A stretch of 64,000 nucleotides of DNA from Holophagales bacterium (GTDB lineage: Bacteria > Acidobacteriota > Thermoanaerobaculia > UBA5066): positions 83,320 through 147,319 of the forward strand of contig JADKBZ010000014.1 in NCBI GenBank assembly GCA_016714815.1, given 5' to 3'. The notes under the pieces are model-generated. The model saw only the letters and a program-made list of their open reading frames with translations, did not search any database and had not been told where the DNA came from. Positions 1 to 9,802 of the stretch are shown in pieces. How positions within the stretch are numbered: position 1 is the stretch's first letter; every line of letters starts with the position of its first letter. A program made the translations under genes and the position numbers.

Positions 1-1251
1 CGACCCGCCGACGAGGAGGGTGAGCTTCGGGACGGCGGCGTTTGCGACGGCGTGGACCATCTTCGCCCCGTCCTTGGCGATCCCCCCGTGCTCGTAGGCC
101 TTCCCCACCATGAAGCCGGTGATGTTCTGGACGAAGAGGAGCGGGACGCGCCGCTGGCAGGCCATCTCGATGAAGTGCGTCCCCTTGAGCGCCGACTCGG
201 AAAAGAGGATCCCGTTGTTGGCGAGGATCCCGACCGGCAGCCCGGCGATCCGGCCGAAGCCGCAGACGAGCGTCGCGCCGTAGCGCGGCTTGAACTCGTG
301 GAGGCGGGAGCCGTCGAGGAGCCGCGCGAGGACCTCGCGGATCTCCAGCTGCTTCTTCAGGTCGCGCGGGAGGACGCCGTAGAGCTCCTCGGCCGGGTAG
401 AGCGGCTCCTCCGCCGGCGCCAGCTCGCCCGAGAACGCCTTCGTCGTGTTGAGGCGCGCGACGATCTCGCGGACCATCTCGAGCGCCTCGGCGTCAGAGC
501 CTGCCAGGTAGTCGGCGACGCCCGAGATCCGGGTGTGGACGTCTCCGCCGCCGAGCTCCTCCGAGGTGACCGTCTCCCCCGTCGCCGCCTTCACCAGGGG
601 CGGACCGGCGAGGAAGATCGTCCCCTGGCCCTTGACGATCACGACCTCGTCCGACATCGCCGGGACGTAGGCCCCTCCTGCCGTGCACGATCCGAGGACC
701 GCCGACACCTGGGGGATCCCCGCGGCCGACATCCGGGCCTGGTTGTAGAAGATCCGCCCGAAGTGGTCGCGGTCGGGAAAGACTTCCGCCTGGAGGGGAA
801 GGAAGGCGCCGCCCGAGTCGACGAGGTAGATGCACGGGAGGCGGTTCTCCAGGGCCACTTCCTGGGCACGCAGGTGCTTCTTGACCGTGATCGGGAAGTA
901 CGTCCCGCCCTTTACGGACGGGTCGTTCGCCACGACCATCACCTCGCGCCCCGAGACGCGGCCGATGCCCGTCAGGAGTCCGGCCCCGGGCGCCTGACCG
1001 TCGAACATTCCGTCGCCCGCCAGAGGCGAGAGCTCGAGGAAGGCCGTGTCGTGGTCGAGGAGGCGTTCGATCCGCCCGCGGACGGAGAGCTTTCCGAGCT
1101 CGGCCTGGCGGGAGGACCCCTTGAGGCCGCCCCCCTCGCGGGCCGCGGCAACGCGCTCGCGCAGCTCGCGCGCCAGCCGTTCGTGGTGCTCCCGGTTCTG
1201 AAGGTATTCCTCGGAGGTGGGGTCGATGCGGCTGGCGAGAACGTCGGTCAC
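1..1251 (-). CDS. Acyl-CoA carboxylase carboxyltransferase (beta) subunit, PccB/MccB family. Only the N-terminal ~415 aa are in the window; the C-terminal end of the gene runs off the left edge, so it is absent from the ORF track
   Basis: Reverse-strand translation from GTG at ~1251 gives [23 protein letters not shown]...[58 protein letters not shown]...[64 protein letters not shown]. This is the classic carboxyltransferase signature of propionyl-/methylcrotonyl-CoA carboxylase beta chains. The + strand ORF 52..1755 is its antisense shadow. Confidence 0.8.
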   Translation of the reverse strand, partial: MTDVLASRIDPTSEEYLQNREHHERLARELRERVAAAREGGGLKGSSRQAELGKLSVRGRIERLLDHDTAFLELSPLAGDGMFDGQAPGAGLLTGIGRVSGREVMVVANDPSVKGGTYFPITVKKHLRAQEVALENRLPCIYLVDSGGAFLPLQAEVFPDRDHFGRIFYNQARMSAAGIPQVSAVLGSCTAGGAYVPAMSDEVVIVKGQGTIFLAGPPLVKAATGETVTSEELGGGDVHTRISGVADYLAGSDAEALEMVREIVARLNTTKAFSGELAPAEEPLYPAEELYGVLPRDLKKQLEIREVLARLLDGSRLHEFKPRYGATLVCGFGRIAGLPVGILANNGILFSESALKGTHFIEMACQRRVPLLFVQNITGFMVGKAYEHGGIAKDGAKMVHAVANAAVPKLTLLVGGS

Positions 1252-1341
1252 GCGGCGATTCTAGCGGCCGGTTCCCTTCCGCCCGCGCGGACGGCATCGG
1301 GACGCCCGCGGCAGCCTCGCCCGGGCGAGCCCCGGAGGGCC

Positions 1342-1767
1342 TCAGGAAGCCGCGAGCGCCTCCTCGGGGCGGGCCAGCGCGCGGACCTTCTCGATGACGG
1401 TCGTGGTCGGGGTCCCCGGAGGGAAAATGGCCTTGACACCGGCTCCCGTGAGGCCGGGAATGTCCCGGTCGGGAATGATTCCGCCGACGACGACGGAGAC
1501 TCCTTCGGCACCCCGGCGGGTCAGAGCGGCGATGACTTCGGGCACCAGGACGTTGTGGGCGCCCGAGAGGATGGAGATGCCGACGACGTCGACGTCTTCC
1601 TGGACGGCCGCCGCGGCGATCTGCTCGGGGGTCTGCCGGAGGCCGGTGTAGATGACCTCCATTCCGGCGTCGCGCAGGGCGCGGGCGATCACCTTGGCGC
1701 CACGGTCGTGACCGTCGAGGCCGGGCTTGGCGATGAGGACTCTGAGGGGTCTTGACGTCATGACCAC
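1342..1767 (-). CDS. Cobalamin (B12)-binding domain protein, methylmalonyl-CoA mutase C-terminal domain family
   Basis: 141 aa. [34 protein letters not shown] is the DxHxxG...B12-binding Rossmann motif. Lies immediately upstream of the carboxyltransferase on the same strand. Confidence 0.8.
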   Translation of the reverse strand: MVMTSRPLRVLIAKPGLDGHDRGAKVIARALRDAGMEVIYTGLRQTPEQIAAAAVQEDVDVVGISILSGAHNVLVPEVIAALTRRGAEGVSVVVGGIIPDRDIPGLTGAGVKAIFPPGTPTTTVIEKVRALARPEEALAAS

Positions 1768-1812
1768 GGAATTCTAACCGGCGTCCGCCGCCGATCCTGC
1801 TAGATTCTGCGT

Positions 1813-3111
1813 GTGCGACGCCGGATCGGTGAAATCCTGGTCGGAGGGAAAGCGGTCTCCGCGGAGCTTCGGGACCGGGCGATCGCCCAGCAGGCACGCC
1901 TGCGCGGGCGCTTCTGCACGAACCTCCTCGAGCTGGGCGGAATCCGCGAGGACCTCCTCCTCAGAGGGCTCGCCGTGCAGCACGGGGTCGCCACCTGCTC
2001 CCCGGCCGATCTCGTCGAGATCCGCCCAGACATCCTGCGGCTCGTGCCCGGCAAGCTCGCCGGGAGCCTGTTCGTCATTCCCTTCCGGCGCCTCGGCCGG
2101 AACCTCTCCATCGCGATGCGGGACCCGAAGGATCTTCCCGCTCTCGACGAGATCTCCTTTCTCACCGGCCTCGCCATCAGCCCGTTCGTCGCCCTCGACC
2201 TGCGGGTCCAGGTCGCCCTCGCGAAGCACTACGGGGCGACGGTCGATCCGCGCTATCCGGAGCTCGCCGCGAAGATCGACGCGGGAGGCGGGATGGTCGC
2301 CGTCGCGGCGCCGAAGACGCCGAAGCCGTTCCTGCGCACCTCGTCCGCGGTTCTCCGGCCCCTCTCCCCCGACGCCGCCGCGCCCGCCCCGCGCCCGGCC
2401 CCGGAGCCGGTGCGGGAGGAGGCTCCCGCCCCTTCCCCTCCCGTCCCGCCTGCCAGGCCCGACGCCGTCGAACCTCCGGCGCCGCCTCGCGTTCCGAACG
2501 CTCCCGTCGTCGAGATCGAGCTCGGCGAGCACGAGGAGAGGAACCTCCGGTCCGCCGCCGAGGCCTCGACGGCGCCCGACGAGTCGACGAGCGCCGTCGG
2601 AGGCGAGGAGACCTCCCCTCTCGTCGAGGAGGAGGCTCCCGCCGACCTTCTCGCGAGCCTGTCGCGAGCCGAGTCGCGGGACGACATCGCCGCCGCGGTC
2701 CTCAGAGAGGCGAGCCGGCTCCTTCAGCGGGCGGCGCTCTTCATCGCCCAGGCCGATCGCGTCATCGGCTGGGCCGCCGTTCCCGAGCCTCCGGACGGGC
2801 TTCGGTCCTTCTCCGTCGCGTTCTCCGAGCCGTCGCTCTTCGCCTCCCTGCGCAACACCGACGGCTTCTACGTCGGCCCCTGCCCGGACCTTCCCGGCAA
2901 CCGCCGGGTCCTCGAAGCGCTCGGCGGGGCCTTCCCGGCCGTGATCGCGGCGGTTCCCGTGACGCTGAAGGGGAAGAGCGTCCTCTTCCTCGTCGGCCAG
3001 GTCCGGCCGGGCGAGGCGCCGCCGAAGGCGATGGAGCTCAAACGCCTCGGGGCGCTGACGGCGATCGCTCTCGAGATCCTCCTGCTGAAGAACCGGCTTC
3101 GCAGCCTCTAG
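1813..3111 (+). CDS. GspE-N (T2SSE_N / MshEN-like) domain protein with a Pro-rich linker and an uncharacterised C-terminal domain. Putative c-di-GMP receptor or signalling protein
   Basis: The N-terminal ~150 aa (GEILVGGKAVSAELRDRAIAQQ...LLLRGLAVQHGVATCSPADLVEIRPDILRLVPGKLAGSLFVIPFRRLGRNLSIAMRDPKDLPALDEISFLTGLAISPFVALDLRVQVALAKHYG) match the type II secretion E N-terminal fold family, which includes the c-di-GMP-binding MshEN. A PAPAPRPAPEP... linker follows, then a C-terminal ~150 aa region. Confidence 0.5.
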   Translation: MRRRIGEILVGGKAVSAELRDRAIAQQARLRGRFCTNLLELGGIREDLLLRGLAVQHGVATCSPADLVEIRPDILRLVPGKLAGSLFVIPFRRLGRNLSIAMRDPKDLPALDEISFLTGLAISPFVALDLRVQVALAKHYGATVDPRYPELAAKIDAGGGMVAVAAPKTPKPFLRTSSAVLRPLSPDAAAPAPRPAPEPVREEAPAPSPPVPPARPDAVEPPAPPRVPNAPVVEIELGEHEERNLRSAAEASTAPDESTSAVGGEETSPLVEEEAPADLLASLSRAESRDDIAAAVLREASRLLQRAALFIAQADRVIGWAAVPEPPDGLRSFSVAFSEPSLFASLRNTDGFYVGPCPDLPGNRRVLEALGGAFPAVIAAVPVTLKGKSVLFLVGQVRPGEAPPKAMELKRLGALTAIALEILLLKNRLRSL

Positions 3112-3138
3112 ACCCGACTTGATTTACACTTCGCCCGA

Positions 3139-3462
3139 ATGATCAAGAACGACCTCGTCAACTGCGTGACCGAGGAGACGGGCGTCGCCAGGATCAAGGC
3201 GTCCCGCGCCGTCGAGACGATCATCGAGACGATGCGCCGTTCGCTCGCGTCGGGAGGACGCATCGAGCTGCGCGGTTTCGGAGTCTTCCTCGTCAAGCGG
3301 CGCAAGAAGGGGATCGGACGCAACCCCAAGCGCCCGGACGAACAGGTGGAGATTCCGCCCGGTTTCACCATTCGCTTCAAGCCCGGGAAGGAGCTCCGCG
3401 ACCTGATGACGGTCGAGGAGCCGGCGGCCGACCCGGTCGCGCCCTCCCCGGAGCGGACCTGA
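3139..3462 (+). CDS. Integration host factor subunit / HU-family DNA-binding protein
   Basis: 107 aa. MIKNDLVNCVTEETGV...RIELRGFGVFLVKRRKKGIGRNPKRPDEQVEIPPGFTIRFKPGKELRD is the IHF/HU beta-arm signature (RNPKTGE...FKPGK). Confidence 0.85.
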   Translation: MIKNDLVNCVTEETGVARIKASRAVETIIETMRRSLASGGRIELRGFGVFLVKRRKKGIGRNPKRPDEQVEIPPGFTIRFKPGKELRDLMTVEEPAADPVAPSPERT

Positions 3463-3623
3463 GCAGCTCCGAACCGCCCCTCGCTCCCCTTCCCGCGCTC
3501 CCGCCCCAGCCTCCGTACATTTTCGAGGCCCCGTATCGGGCTCCACTCCAGCCTCCCCCGCGCAGGGAGCGGTGGTGGCTTCACGCGCTCCTTCTCGTCC
3601 TGACGTTCGGGACGACGACGATC

Positions 3624-4652
3624 GTGGGGATTGGACTTGCCGCTGGCTTCGACCCGCGTCTCGCCCTGGTCGACCCGCGCTCGGGCCTCCTCGGGATCAC
3701 GCCGGCGCTCGTCTTGGCCGGCTTGGGCTACTCGGTCCCGCTGCTGCTCATCCTCTTTGCGCACGAGCTCGGCCACTACCTCATGTGCCGACGCTACGGA
3801 CTCGACGCCTCGCCACCGTTTTTCCTGCCTTTGATCCTGCCGATTCAGCCGTATTTCGTCATGCCTGGGACTTTCGGGGCGGTCATCAAGGTCCGAGAGC
3901 CGATCCGCGACAAGCGAGCCCTCTTCGACATGGCCGTGGCCGGCCCCATCGCCGGATTCGTGGTTGCGCTCCCGTTCGCATGCTACGGAATCCTCCACAC
4001 CCGGCTGAACTTCGATCCCGTGCCGCCGGATGCGACTCTGTTCGGTTACCCCTTGGTCGTAAAGGGTCTCCAGATCCTCCTGACCGGGCACGCTTTCACG
4101 AGCGTCCAGGTCCTCGAGCACCCGACTTTCTTCGCCGCCTGGTTCGGCTTCCTCGTCACGGCGCTCAATCTCCTTCCGGCAGGACAGCTGGATGGGGGTC
4201 ACACGCTCTTCGCCGTCTCGCCAACCGCACACAAAGCTCTGCGCTGGCCGCTCGTCGCCGTTCTTGCCGCCGCCGGGTGGTTCCTGTTTCCAGGCTGGGG
4301 GCTGTGGGCGGTCATCGTGATCGTCCTCAGCCGTTTCGGCCGGGCCCAGCTCCGCGACGCGGAGACGCCGCTCGACCCGAGACGACGCGCCGTTGCCGTC
4401 CTCGTCCTGGTGATCTTCGTCGTCAGCCTAGTCCCGGTCCCGTATCGCTTCGGATCCGACCTCGCGCCGCTTCGTCCGCCACGAGAAGGTGGCGGGACCG
4501 TCGTTCAAGAGCTCCACCTCCATCGACGCCCCGAAGCTCCCGGTCGCCACGACGACCCCCGAGGCGCGAAGCACCGCGAGGTAGCGCCCGAAGAGCGGCC
4601 TCGCCTCGTCGGGGCGGGCCGCCCCCTCGAACCCGGGCCTCCGCCCGCGTGA
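3624..4652 (+). CDS. Peptidase M50 (site-2 protease family) integral membrane metalloprotease. The start may be upstream at a non-ATG codon, and the 3' tail overlaps dtd
   Basis: HELGHYLMCRRYG is an HExxH motif inside a TM helix. The protein has multiple hydrophobic helices and an LNLLPAGQLDGGH motif (the LDG zinc-ligand region of M50). Confidence 0.65.
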   Translation: MGIGLAAGFDPRLALVDPRSGLLGITPALVLAGLGYSVPLLLILFAHELGHYLMCRRYGLDASPPFFLPLILPIQPYFVMPGTFGAVIKVREPIRDKRALFDMAVAGPIAGFVVALPFACYGILHTRLNFDPVPPDATLFGYPLVVKGLQILLTGHAFTSVQVLEHPTFFAAWFGFLVTALNLLPAGQLDGGHTLFAVSPTAHKALRWPLVAVLAAAGWFLFPGWGLWAVIVIVLSRFGRAQLRDAETPLDPRRRAVAVLVLVIFVVSLVPVPYRFGSDLAPLRPPREGGGTVVQELHLHRRPEAPGRHDDPRGAKHREVAPEERPRLVGAGRPLEPGPPPA

Positions 4653-4907
4653 GAGGTCGGCCCCGAGCGTGAACTGCGAGACGGCGAGCACCGCGCCCCC
4701 CACCTGCGTCACGTCGAGATTCATCTTCCCCTGATCGTCCTCGAAGACCCGGAGCTCGACCGTCTTGCGGGCCGCGTCGTCCATCGCGTCGAGGCCGTCT
4801 CCCGGCTCGACGCAGGCGAAGACGAGGAGACCGCGCCCGATCTCCCCCACTGTCTGGCCAGAGACGCGGACGGCGGCGCGGGAGACTCGCTGGAGTAGCA
4901 GGATCAC
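4428..4907 (-). CDS. dtd: D-aminoacyl-tRNA deacylase
   Basis: From an internal GTG: (M)ILLLQRVSRAAVRVSGQTVGEIGRGLLVFACVEPGD...SQFTLGADLSRGRRPGFEGAARPDEARPLF...GSFGASMEVELLNDGPATF. This is the Dtd SQFTL / NDGPVT signature. The 189-aa track ORF begins too far upstream. Confidence 0.8.
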   Translation of the reverse strand: MILLLQRVSRAAVRVSGQTVGEIGRGLLVFACVEPGDGLDAMDDAARKTVELRVFEDDQGKMNLDVTQVGGAVLAVSQFTLGADLSRGRRPGFEGAARPDEARPLFGRYLAVLRASGVVVATGSFGASMEVELLNDGPATFSWRTKRREVGSEAIRDRD

Positions 4908-4999
4908 GATCCCATTCTCGCAGGCGGGCCCTCCGGACGCCCCGGACGCCTCTGATATCCTCGCGCGCCATTCAGATCGGAAGCGGAGGAGGAACACCC

Positions 5000-5434
5000 A
5001 TGGCGGGTTCCGTGAACAAGGTCATTCTCGTAGGCCACCTCGGAGGGGATCCGGAGATCAAGGCGCTGCCTTCCGGCTCGACGATGGCCAAGCTGAGCCT
5101 CGCGACGTCCGAGAGCTGGACCGACAAGACGAGCGGCCAGAAGCAGGAACGGACCGAGTGGCACAAGGTCGTCGTGATGGACCCGAAGCTCGCCCAGATC
5201 TGCGAGCGCTACCTGTCGAAGGGCCAGCTCGTCTACATCGAGGGCTCCATCCAGACCCGGAGCTGGGACGACAAGGAGAGCGGCCAGAAGAAGTACATGA
5301 CGGAGGTCAAGGCTCGCGAGATGCGGATGCTCGGCGGCCGTCCCGACGGCGCGCGCGGTGGCGCCGCCCCGGCGGGCCCCGGCGCCTCCGATCCCCACAC
5401 GTCCGAAGACCCGGACGACAGCGTTCCTTTCTAG
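5000..5434 (+). CDS. ssb: Single-stranded DNA-binding protein
   Basis: VNKVILVGHLGGDPEIKALPSGSTMAKLSLATSESWTDKTSGQKQERTEWHKVVVM... is the OB-fold, followed by a Gly-rich tail ending DPDDSVPF (the acidic C-terminal DDDIPF-like tip). RBS GGAGGAGGA lies upstream. Confidence 0.9.
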   Translation: MAGSVNKVILVGHLGGDPEIKALPSGSTMAKLSLATSESWTDKTSGQKQERTEWHKVVVMDPKLAQICERYLSKGQLVYIEGSIQTRSWDDKESGQKKYMTEVKAREMRMLGGRPDGARGGAAPAGPGASDPHTSEDPDDSVPF

Positions 5435-6501
5435 GACGGGAACGGGCCGTCGAAGTCCCGCGGGGCCCGCGGCTTCGACAGCTCTTCGAGCCACGACTCC
5501 ACTTCGGCCCGGAGCGCGTCCCACGCCTCCGGGCCGAATGGCGTCCGGGGGAATCCGGCGGCGCGCCGCCGGAGCGTCTCGATCCGCGCGAGCGGCTCGG
5601 GAGCCTCCGCGAGCCCCTCGGCTTCGAGCCGGTCGGCCGCGCCGATCGCGTCGGCGAGGCTCGCCGAAACGACGAGGACGTCGCAGCCGGCGCGCGCCGC
5701 GCCGGAAACGCGCTCCCCGAGGCTCCTGGCGCCGAGCGCCCCCATCCCGAGGTCGTCGGAGTAGACGACCCCGTCCCACTCGATCCGCTCCCTGAGGATC
5801 GCGAGGATCCGGGAAGACAGGGTCGCGGGGGTCTCGTCCCCCGTGAAGCCGGGATAGGCCGCGTGGCCCACCAGGACCGCGTCGGACGATCGGGCGAGCT
5901 TCGTGAACGGGGCGACGTCGGTCACCATCAGGTCGACGTCGTGGGCGTCGACGACGGGAAGCGCCAGGTGGGAGTCGACGGGGCCGCGCCCCAGACCCGG
6001 GAAATGCTTGAGGCACGAGACGATCCCCGCCCGGGCCAGGCCGTGCAGGAAGACCGAGCCGGCGAGGACGACGTCCTCGGTGTGGAATCCGAAGGAGCGT
6101 CCCGCCAGGACCTTTTCGCCGGCTCCGGGGATCGCCAGGTCGAGGACGGGGGCGAAGTCGACGTCGAAGCCGAGCAGCCGCGCCGCCCGCCCCATCAGGA
6201 AGGCGCACTCCTGGACCCGGTGAACCCCCTTGTCCGCCAGCGAGGAGGCCGACGGGAAGGAGACGCCGAGGAGCGGGCCGATCCGGTCGACGGGTCCCCC
6301 CTCCTGGTCGACGAAGAGAAGCGGTGCCGGGTCGCAGGCGGCCCGGATCTCCTCGACGAGCGCGGCGGCCTGCGGGGCCGACTCGAGGTTGCGGGCGAAG
6401 AGGATCACTCCGAGAGGCCTGCGGACCGCGAGAAACGAGCGTTCGTCCGCCGTGAGGGCGGGCCCTTCGAAACCGACGACGAGGCGGGAGGCTCCGTTCA
6501 T
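5431..6501 (-). CDS. nagZ: Beta-N-acetylhexosaminidase, glycoside hydrolase family 3
   Basis: LLFVDQEGGPVDRIGPLL...KHFPGLGRGPVDSHLALPVVD are the GH3 NagZ motifs. The stop/start overlaps mutS by 4 nt. Confidence 0.8.
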   Translation of the reverse strand: MNGASRLVVGFEGPALTADERSFLAVRRPLGVILFARNLESAPQAAALVEEIRAACDPAPLLFVDQEGGPVDRIGPLLGVSFPSASSLADKGVHRVQECAFLMGRAARLLGFDVDFAPVLDLAIPGAGEKVLAGRSFGFHTEDVVLAGSVFLHGLARAGIVSCLKHFPGLGRGPVDSHLALPVVDAHDVDLMVTDVAPFTKLARSSDAVLVGHAAYPGFTGDETPATLSSRILAILRERIEWDGVVYSDDLGMGALGARSLGERVSGAARAGCDVLVVSASLADAIGAADRLEAEGLAEAPEPLARIETLRRRAAGFPRTPFGPEAWDALRAEVESWLEELSKPRAPRDFDGPFPS

Positions 6502-9116
6502 TCCAGTCCTTCCAGCCGCGCGCGGAGCGAGGCGAGCAGGTTCAGCGCCGCGAGCGGCGTGAGGGTGTCGAGGTCCAGCCTGCGGAGCGCGTCGACGACG
6601 ACCTCCTCCTGGCCGCGGAAAAGGTCGAGCTGGACGTCCGGCGGCGGAGGGGCCCCGGCGTGCTCGGCCAGGCGCGGCCTCCCTCCGACGTCGAGCTGCT
6701 GCTTCTCGAGGTTACGGAGGATCTCTTTCGCCCGGTCGGTCACGACCGCGGGGATCCCCGCGAGCTTGGCCACCTGGACGCCGTAGGAGCGGTCGGCGAC
6801 GCCGTCGACGACTTTCCGGAGGAAGACGACCTCGCCCTTCCACTCCTTCACCGACATCGTCCGGTTCTTCACGCCGGGGCGGACGAGGGCGAGCTCGGTG
6901 AGCTCGTGGTAGTGCGTCGCGAAGAGGACCCGCGCGGGAGCGCCCGGCGCGTCGTGAAGGTGCTCGGCGATCGCCCAGGCGAGCGACAGCCCGTCGAACG
7001 TCGCGGTCCCGCGCCCGATCTCGTCGAGGACGACGAGACTGCGGGGCGTCGCGTGCCGGAGGATGTGCGCCGTCTCGGCCATCTCGGTGAGGAACGTCGA
7101 CTCGCCCCGGGCGAGGGAGTCGGACGCGCCGACGCGGGTGAAGACCCGATCGCAGAGGCCGACCGTCGCCGCCGACGCCGGAACGAACGAGCCCGCGTGC
7201 GCCAGTAGCACGACGAGCGCGTTCTGCCGCAGGTAGGTCGACTTTCCGCCCATGTTCGGCCCCGTCAGGATGACGACGCGCGCCTCCCCTCCCAGCTCCG
7301 TGTCGTTGGGGACGAAGGCCTCGCGGCGGCGTAGCGCCTCGACGACCGGATGCCGCCCGTCCGAGATCGAGAGGACCGGTTCGGCGACGAGGCGAGGCCG
7401 GCACCAGCGTTCCGCCCGTGCCACGCGGGCCAGGGACACGAGGACGTCCAGGAGCGCGAGGCGGGAGGAGAGGGCTCCGACGGCGGCCGCCTCGGCCGTC
7501 GCGGCGGCGCAGAGCTCGCGAAAGATCTCCGCTTCCCGCTCGGCCAGCCTGTCGTCGGCCGAGCGGAGCTTCTCGTCGAGGGCACCGAGCTCGGCCGTCG
7601 CGTAGCGTTCCACCGACGCGAGCGTCTGCCGCTTCACGGCGTCCTCCGGGATCTTCGCCCGCGCGGATCCGGGCACCTCGAAGACGTGCCCGAAGACCTG
7701 GTTGAACTTCACCCGCAGGGTCGGGATCCCTCTGCGGGCGCGCTCGGCGGATTCCAGCGCGCCGAGGAGCGTCGCGGCGTCGAGACGAAGCTTCCGGAGC
7801 TCGTCGACGGTCTCGTCCACGCCGTCGCGGACGAGCCCCCCCTCCTTCGGCGAGACGGGCGGAGCCTCTACGAGCGTCGCGGCGAGGCGGGCCGCGAGGG
7901 CGTCCGGCACGCCCTCGGGATACGCCCCACCGCCGGGTGAGAGGAGCGTGGAGACGGCACCGTCGAGAAGCGGGCCGAGCGCGGCCGCCCGGGCCAGGCC
8001 GAGGCCGAGGGCGGAGAGGTCCCGCGGGGTCGCGTTTCCGACGGCGACCCGGGCAAGGAGACGAGGCAGGTCCGGAAACGTCCCGAGAGCCGCCCCCAGC
8101 GGCTCGAGGCGCGCCGGGCTGGAGACCAGCTCTTCCACCGCGTCGAGGCGTTCCTCGATCGCCTCCCTGCCGCCCAGGGGCTGCTCCAGCACCCGGCGAA
8201 GGGCTCGTGCGCCGAACGGAGTCCCCGTCCGGTCGACGACGGAGAGGAGGGTTCCCGTCCGCCCCCCGTCCCGGAGAGAGCGGAAGAGCTCGAGGTGCCC
8301 CTGCGTCAGGGCGTCGACGACGAGGCCTTCCCCCGCCGACTCGGTCCGCAAGGTCGTCACGTGGGCGCAGTCGGCCTTCTGCGTCGAGCGGGCATAGGCG
8401 AGGACGGCCGCGGCGGCTTCGACGAGCGGGCCCGCGGCGGGGAGCCCGAAGCCGGCGAGGGTGGAGGTGCGGAAGTGCCCTTCGAGGAGGTCGGCCGCGC
8501 TCCGGCCCCTTGGCGACTCGCTGGGGAGGATCGACAGGACCGGGGCCTCGGAGCCGAGCGGCTCGAGCAGGCGCGCCACCGCCTCCCGCTCGGAAGGAAA
8601 TGCGACGAGCTCTTTCGCCGTGCGGCGGGAGAGCATCTCGGCGGGCCCGGTTCCGTCGAGGCGGACCACGGTGAACTCCCCCGTCGAGAGGTCCAGGTAG
8701 GCGAGGGCGGGCGCGTCCGTCGACAGGACGATCGCGGCCAGGTCGTTCGCCTGCCTCGAGTCGAGGCGCTCCGGGTCGACGAGCGTCCCGGGAGTGAGGA
8801 CGCGGACGATCTTCCGGGCGACGAGGGTCTTCCCTTTCTGCGGCGCCTCGGTCTGGTCCGCGATCGCCACCTTGCGGCCGGCCGAGACGAGCCGGGCGAC
8901 GTAGGAATCGAGGGCGTGATGCGGGATGCCGCACATCGGCGCCTCGATGTCGGTGTCGCGGTGACGGGCCGTGAGGACGAGACCGAGAAGGGGCGCGGCC
9001 GCCTCGGCATCCTCGAAGAACATCTCGTAAAAGTCCCCGAGCCTGTAGAGGAGGATCGCGTCCGGGACCTCCCGCTTCAGGGCCCAGTACTGCTCGAGCA
9101 TCGGGGTCGTCCGCAT
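6498..9116 (-). CDS. mutS: DNA mismatch repair protein MutS
   Basis: 872 aa. TPMLEQYWALKREVPDAILLYRLGDFYEMFFEDA is the mismatch-binding domain and LTGPNMGGKSTYLRQ is the Walker A. The ORFs 6712..9408 (-) and 7702..8397 (+) are shadows. Confidence 0.9.
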   Translation of the reverse strand: MRTTPMLEQYWALKREVPDAILLYRLGDFYEMFFEDAEAAAPLLGLVLTARHRDTDIEAPMCGIPHHALDSYVARLVSAGRKVAIADQTEAPQKGKTLVARKIVRVLTPGTLVDPERLDSRQANDLAAIVLSTDAPALAYLDLSTGEFTVVRLDGTGPAEMLSRRTAKELVAFPSEREAVARLLEPLGSEAPVLSILPSESPRGRSAADLLEGHFRTSTLAGFGLPAAGPLVEAAAAVLAYARSTQKADCAHVTTLRTESAGEGLVVDALTQGHLELFRSLRDGGRTGTLLSVVDRTGTPFGARALRRVLEQPLGGREAIEERLDAVEELVSSPARLEPLGAALGTFPDLPRLLARVAVGNATPRDLSALGLGLARAAALGPLLDGAVSTLLSPGGGAYPEGVPDALAARLAATLVEAPPVSPKEGGLVRDGVDETVDELRKLRLDAATLLGALESAERARRGIPTLRVKFNQVFGHVFEVPGSARAKIPEDAVKRQTLASVERYATAELGALDEKLRSADDRLAEREAEIFRELCAAATAEAAAVGALSSRLALLDVLVSLARVARAERWCRPRLVAEPVLSISDGRHPVVEALRRREAFVPNDTELGGEARVVILTGPNMGGKSTYLRQNALVVLLAHAGSFVPASAATVGLCDRVFTRVGASDSLARGESTFLTEMAETAHILRHATPRSLVVLDEIGRGTATFDGLSLAWAIAEHLHDAPGAPARVLFATHYHELTELALVRPGVKNRTMSVKEWKGEVVFLRKVVDGVADRSYGVQVAKLAGIPAVVTDRAKEILRNLEKQQLDVGGRPRLAEHAGAPPPPDVQLDLFRGQEEVVVDALRRLDLDTLTPLAALNLLASLRARLEGLE

Positions 9117-9205
9117 CGGAAGGGGGGCGATGGTAGCAGGGGGCTGAAGGGCCCGGGCGCCCCGCGGGAATTCCCCGGCTCCCTGCTACCATCGCCGGTA
9201 CGCCG

Positions 9206-9802
9206 ATGAGGCTTCTCGCCATCGACACGGCGACCCCCCGGCCCTCCCTCGCCGTCGCGATCGACGACGGAGCGCCGCGGACGGTCGAGCTGCCGCGGCT
9301 GGGAGCCGAAGCGCTTGCGCCAGCCGTGGCCTCGCTCCTCCTGGCCGTCGGGCTCGTCCCCGGCGACCTCGACCGGATCGCCGTCGTCTCGGGTCCCGGC
9401 TCCTTCACCGGGCTTCGCTCTTCCCTGGCCTTCGCCCGCGGCCTGGCCCGGGCGACGGGTGCCCTGCTCGTCCCGGTGCCGACCTTCGAGACGGCCTCCG
9501 GGGCGGTCCCCGTCCCGCCGGACGCCGACTTTCTCCTCGAAGCCCTGCGCGGAGAGGTCCATCGGCGGTGCCGCCGCGGAGGGGTCCTCTCGCCCGGGGA
9601 GGAACGGCTCTCCAGGGAGACCGCCGCGAACGATGCCGTACGGGCTGGCGTTCCGGCGATCGACCTCGGCTCCGAGGCCCTCCTCCTCGCCCCCGCCGCG
9701 GCGGACCTCGCCCGGCGCGCTCCGGACGCAGAGCCGGGCTCCCTCGTCTACGGCCGTCTCCCGGCGGCCATCGAGAGATTCGGGCCGGGGGAAGCCGGAT
9801 GA
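9206..9802 (+). CDS. tsaB: tRNA threonylcarbamoyladenosine biosynthesis protein TsaB (YeaZ)
   Basis: MRLLAIDTATPRPSLAV...IAVVSGPGSFTGLRSSLAFARGLA is the inactive Kae1/YgjD-homolog signature. Divergent from mutS. Confidence 0.8.
   Translation: MRLLAIDTATPRPSLAVAIDDGAPRTVELPRLGAEALAPAVASLLLAVGLVPGDLDRIAVVSGPGSFTGLRSSLAFARGLARATGALLVPVPTFETASGAVPVPPDADFLLEALRGEVHRRCRRGGVLSPGEERLSRETAANDAVRAGVPAIDLGSEALLLAPAAADLARRAPDAEPGSLVYGRLPAAIERFGPGEAG

Noticed and set aside
52-1897. Long ORFs 52..1755 (+, 567 aa) and 494..1897 (-, 467 aa)
   Set aside because: They are Arg/Pro/Gly-rich with no motifs. They are antisense or off-frame shadows of the carboxyltransferase and B12-binding genes. Such shadows are expected at 70% GC, where stops are rare in all six frames.
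6712-9408. 898-aa Arg-rich ORF on the minus strand, plus several 100-250-aa ORFs overlapping mutS
   Set aside because: They are off-frame shadows of mutS, which itself has unambiguous motifs. Their composition is pure R/P/G/A.
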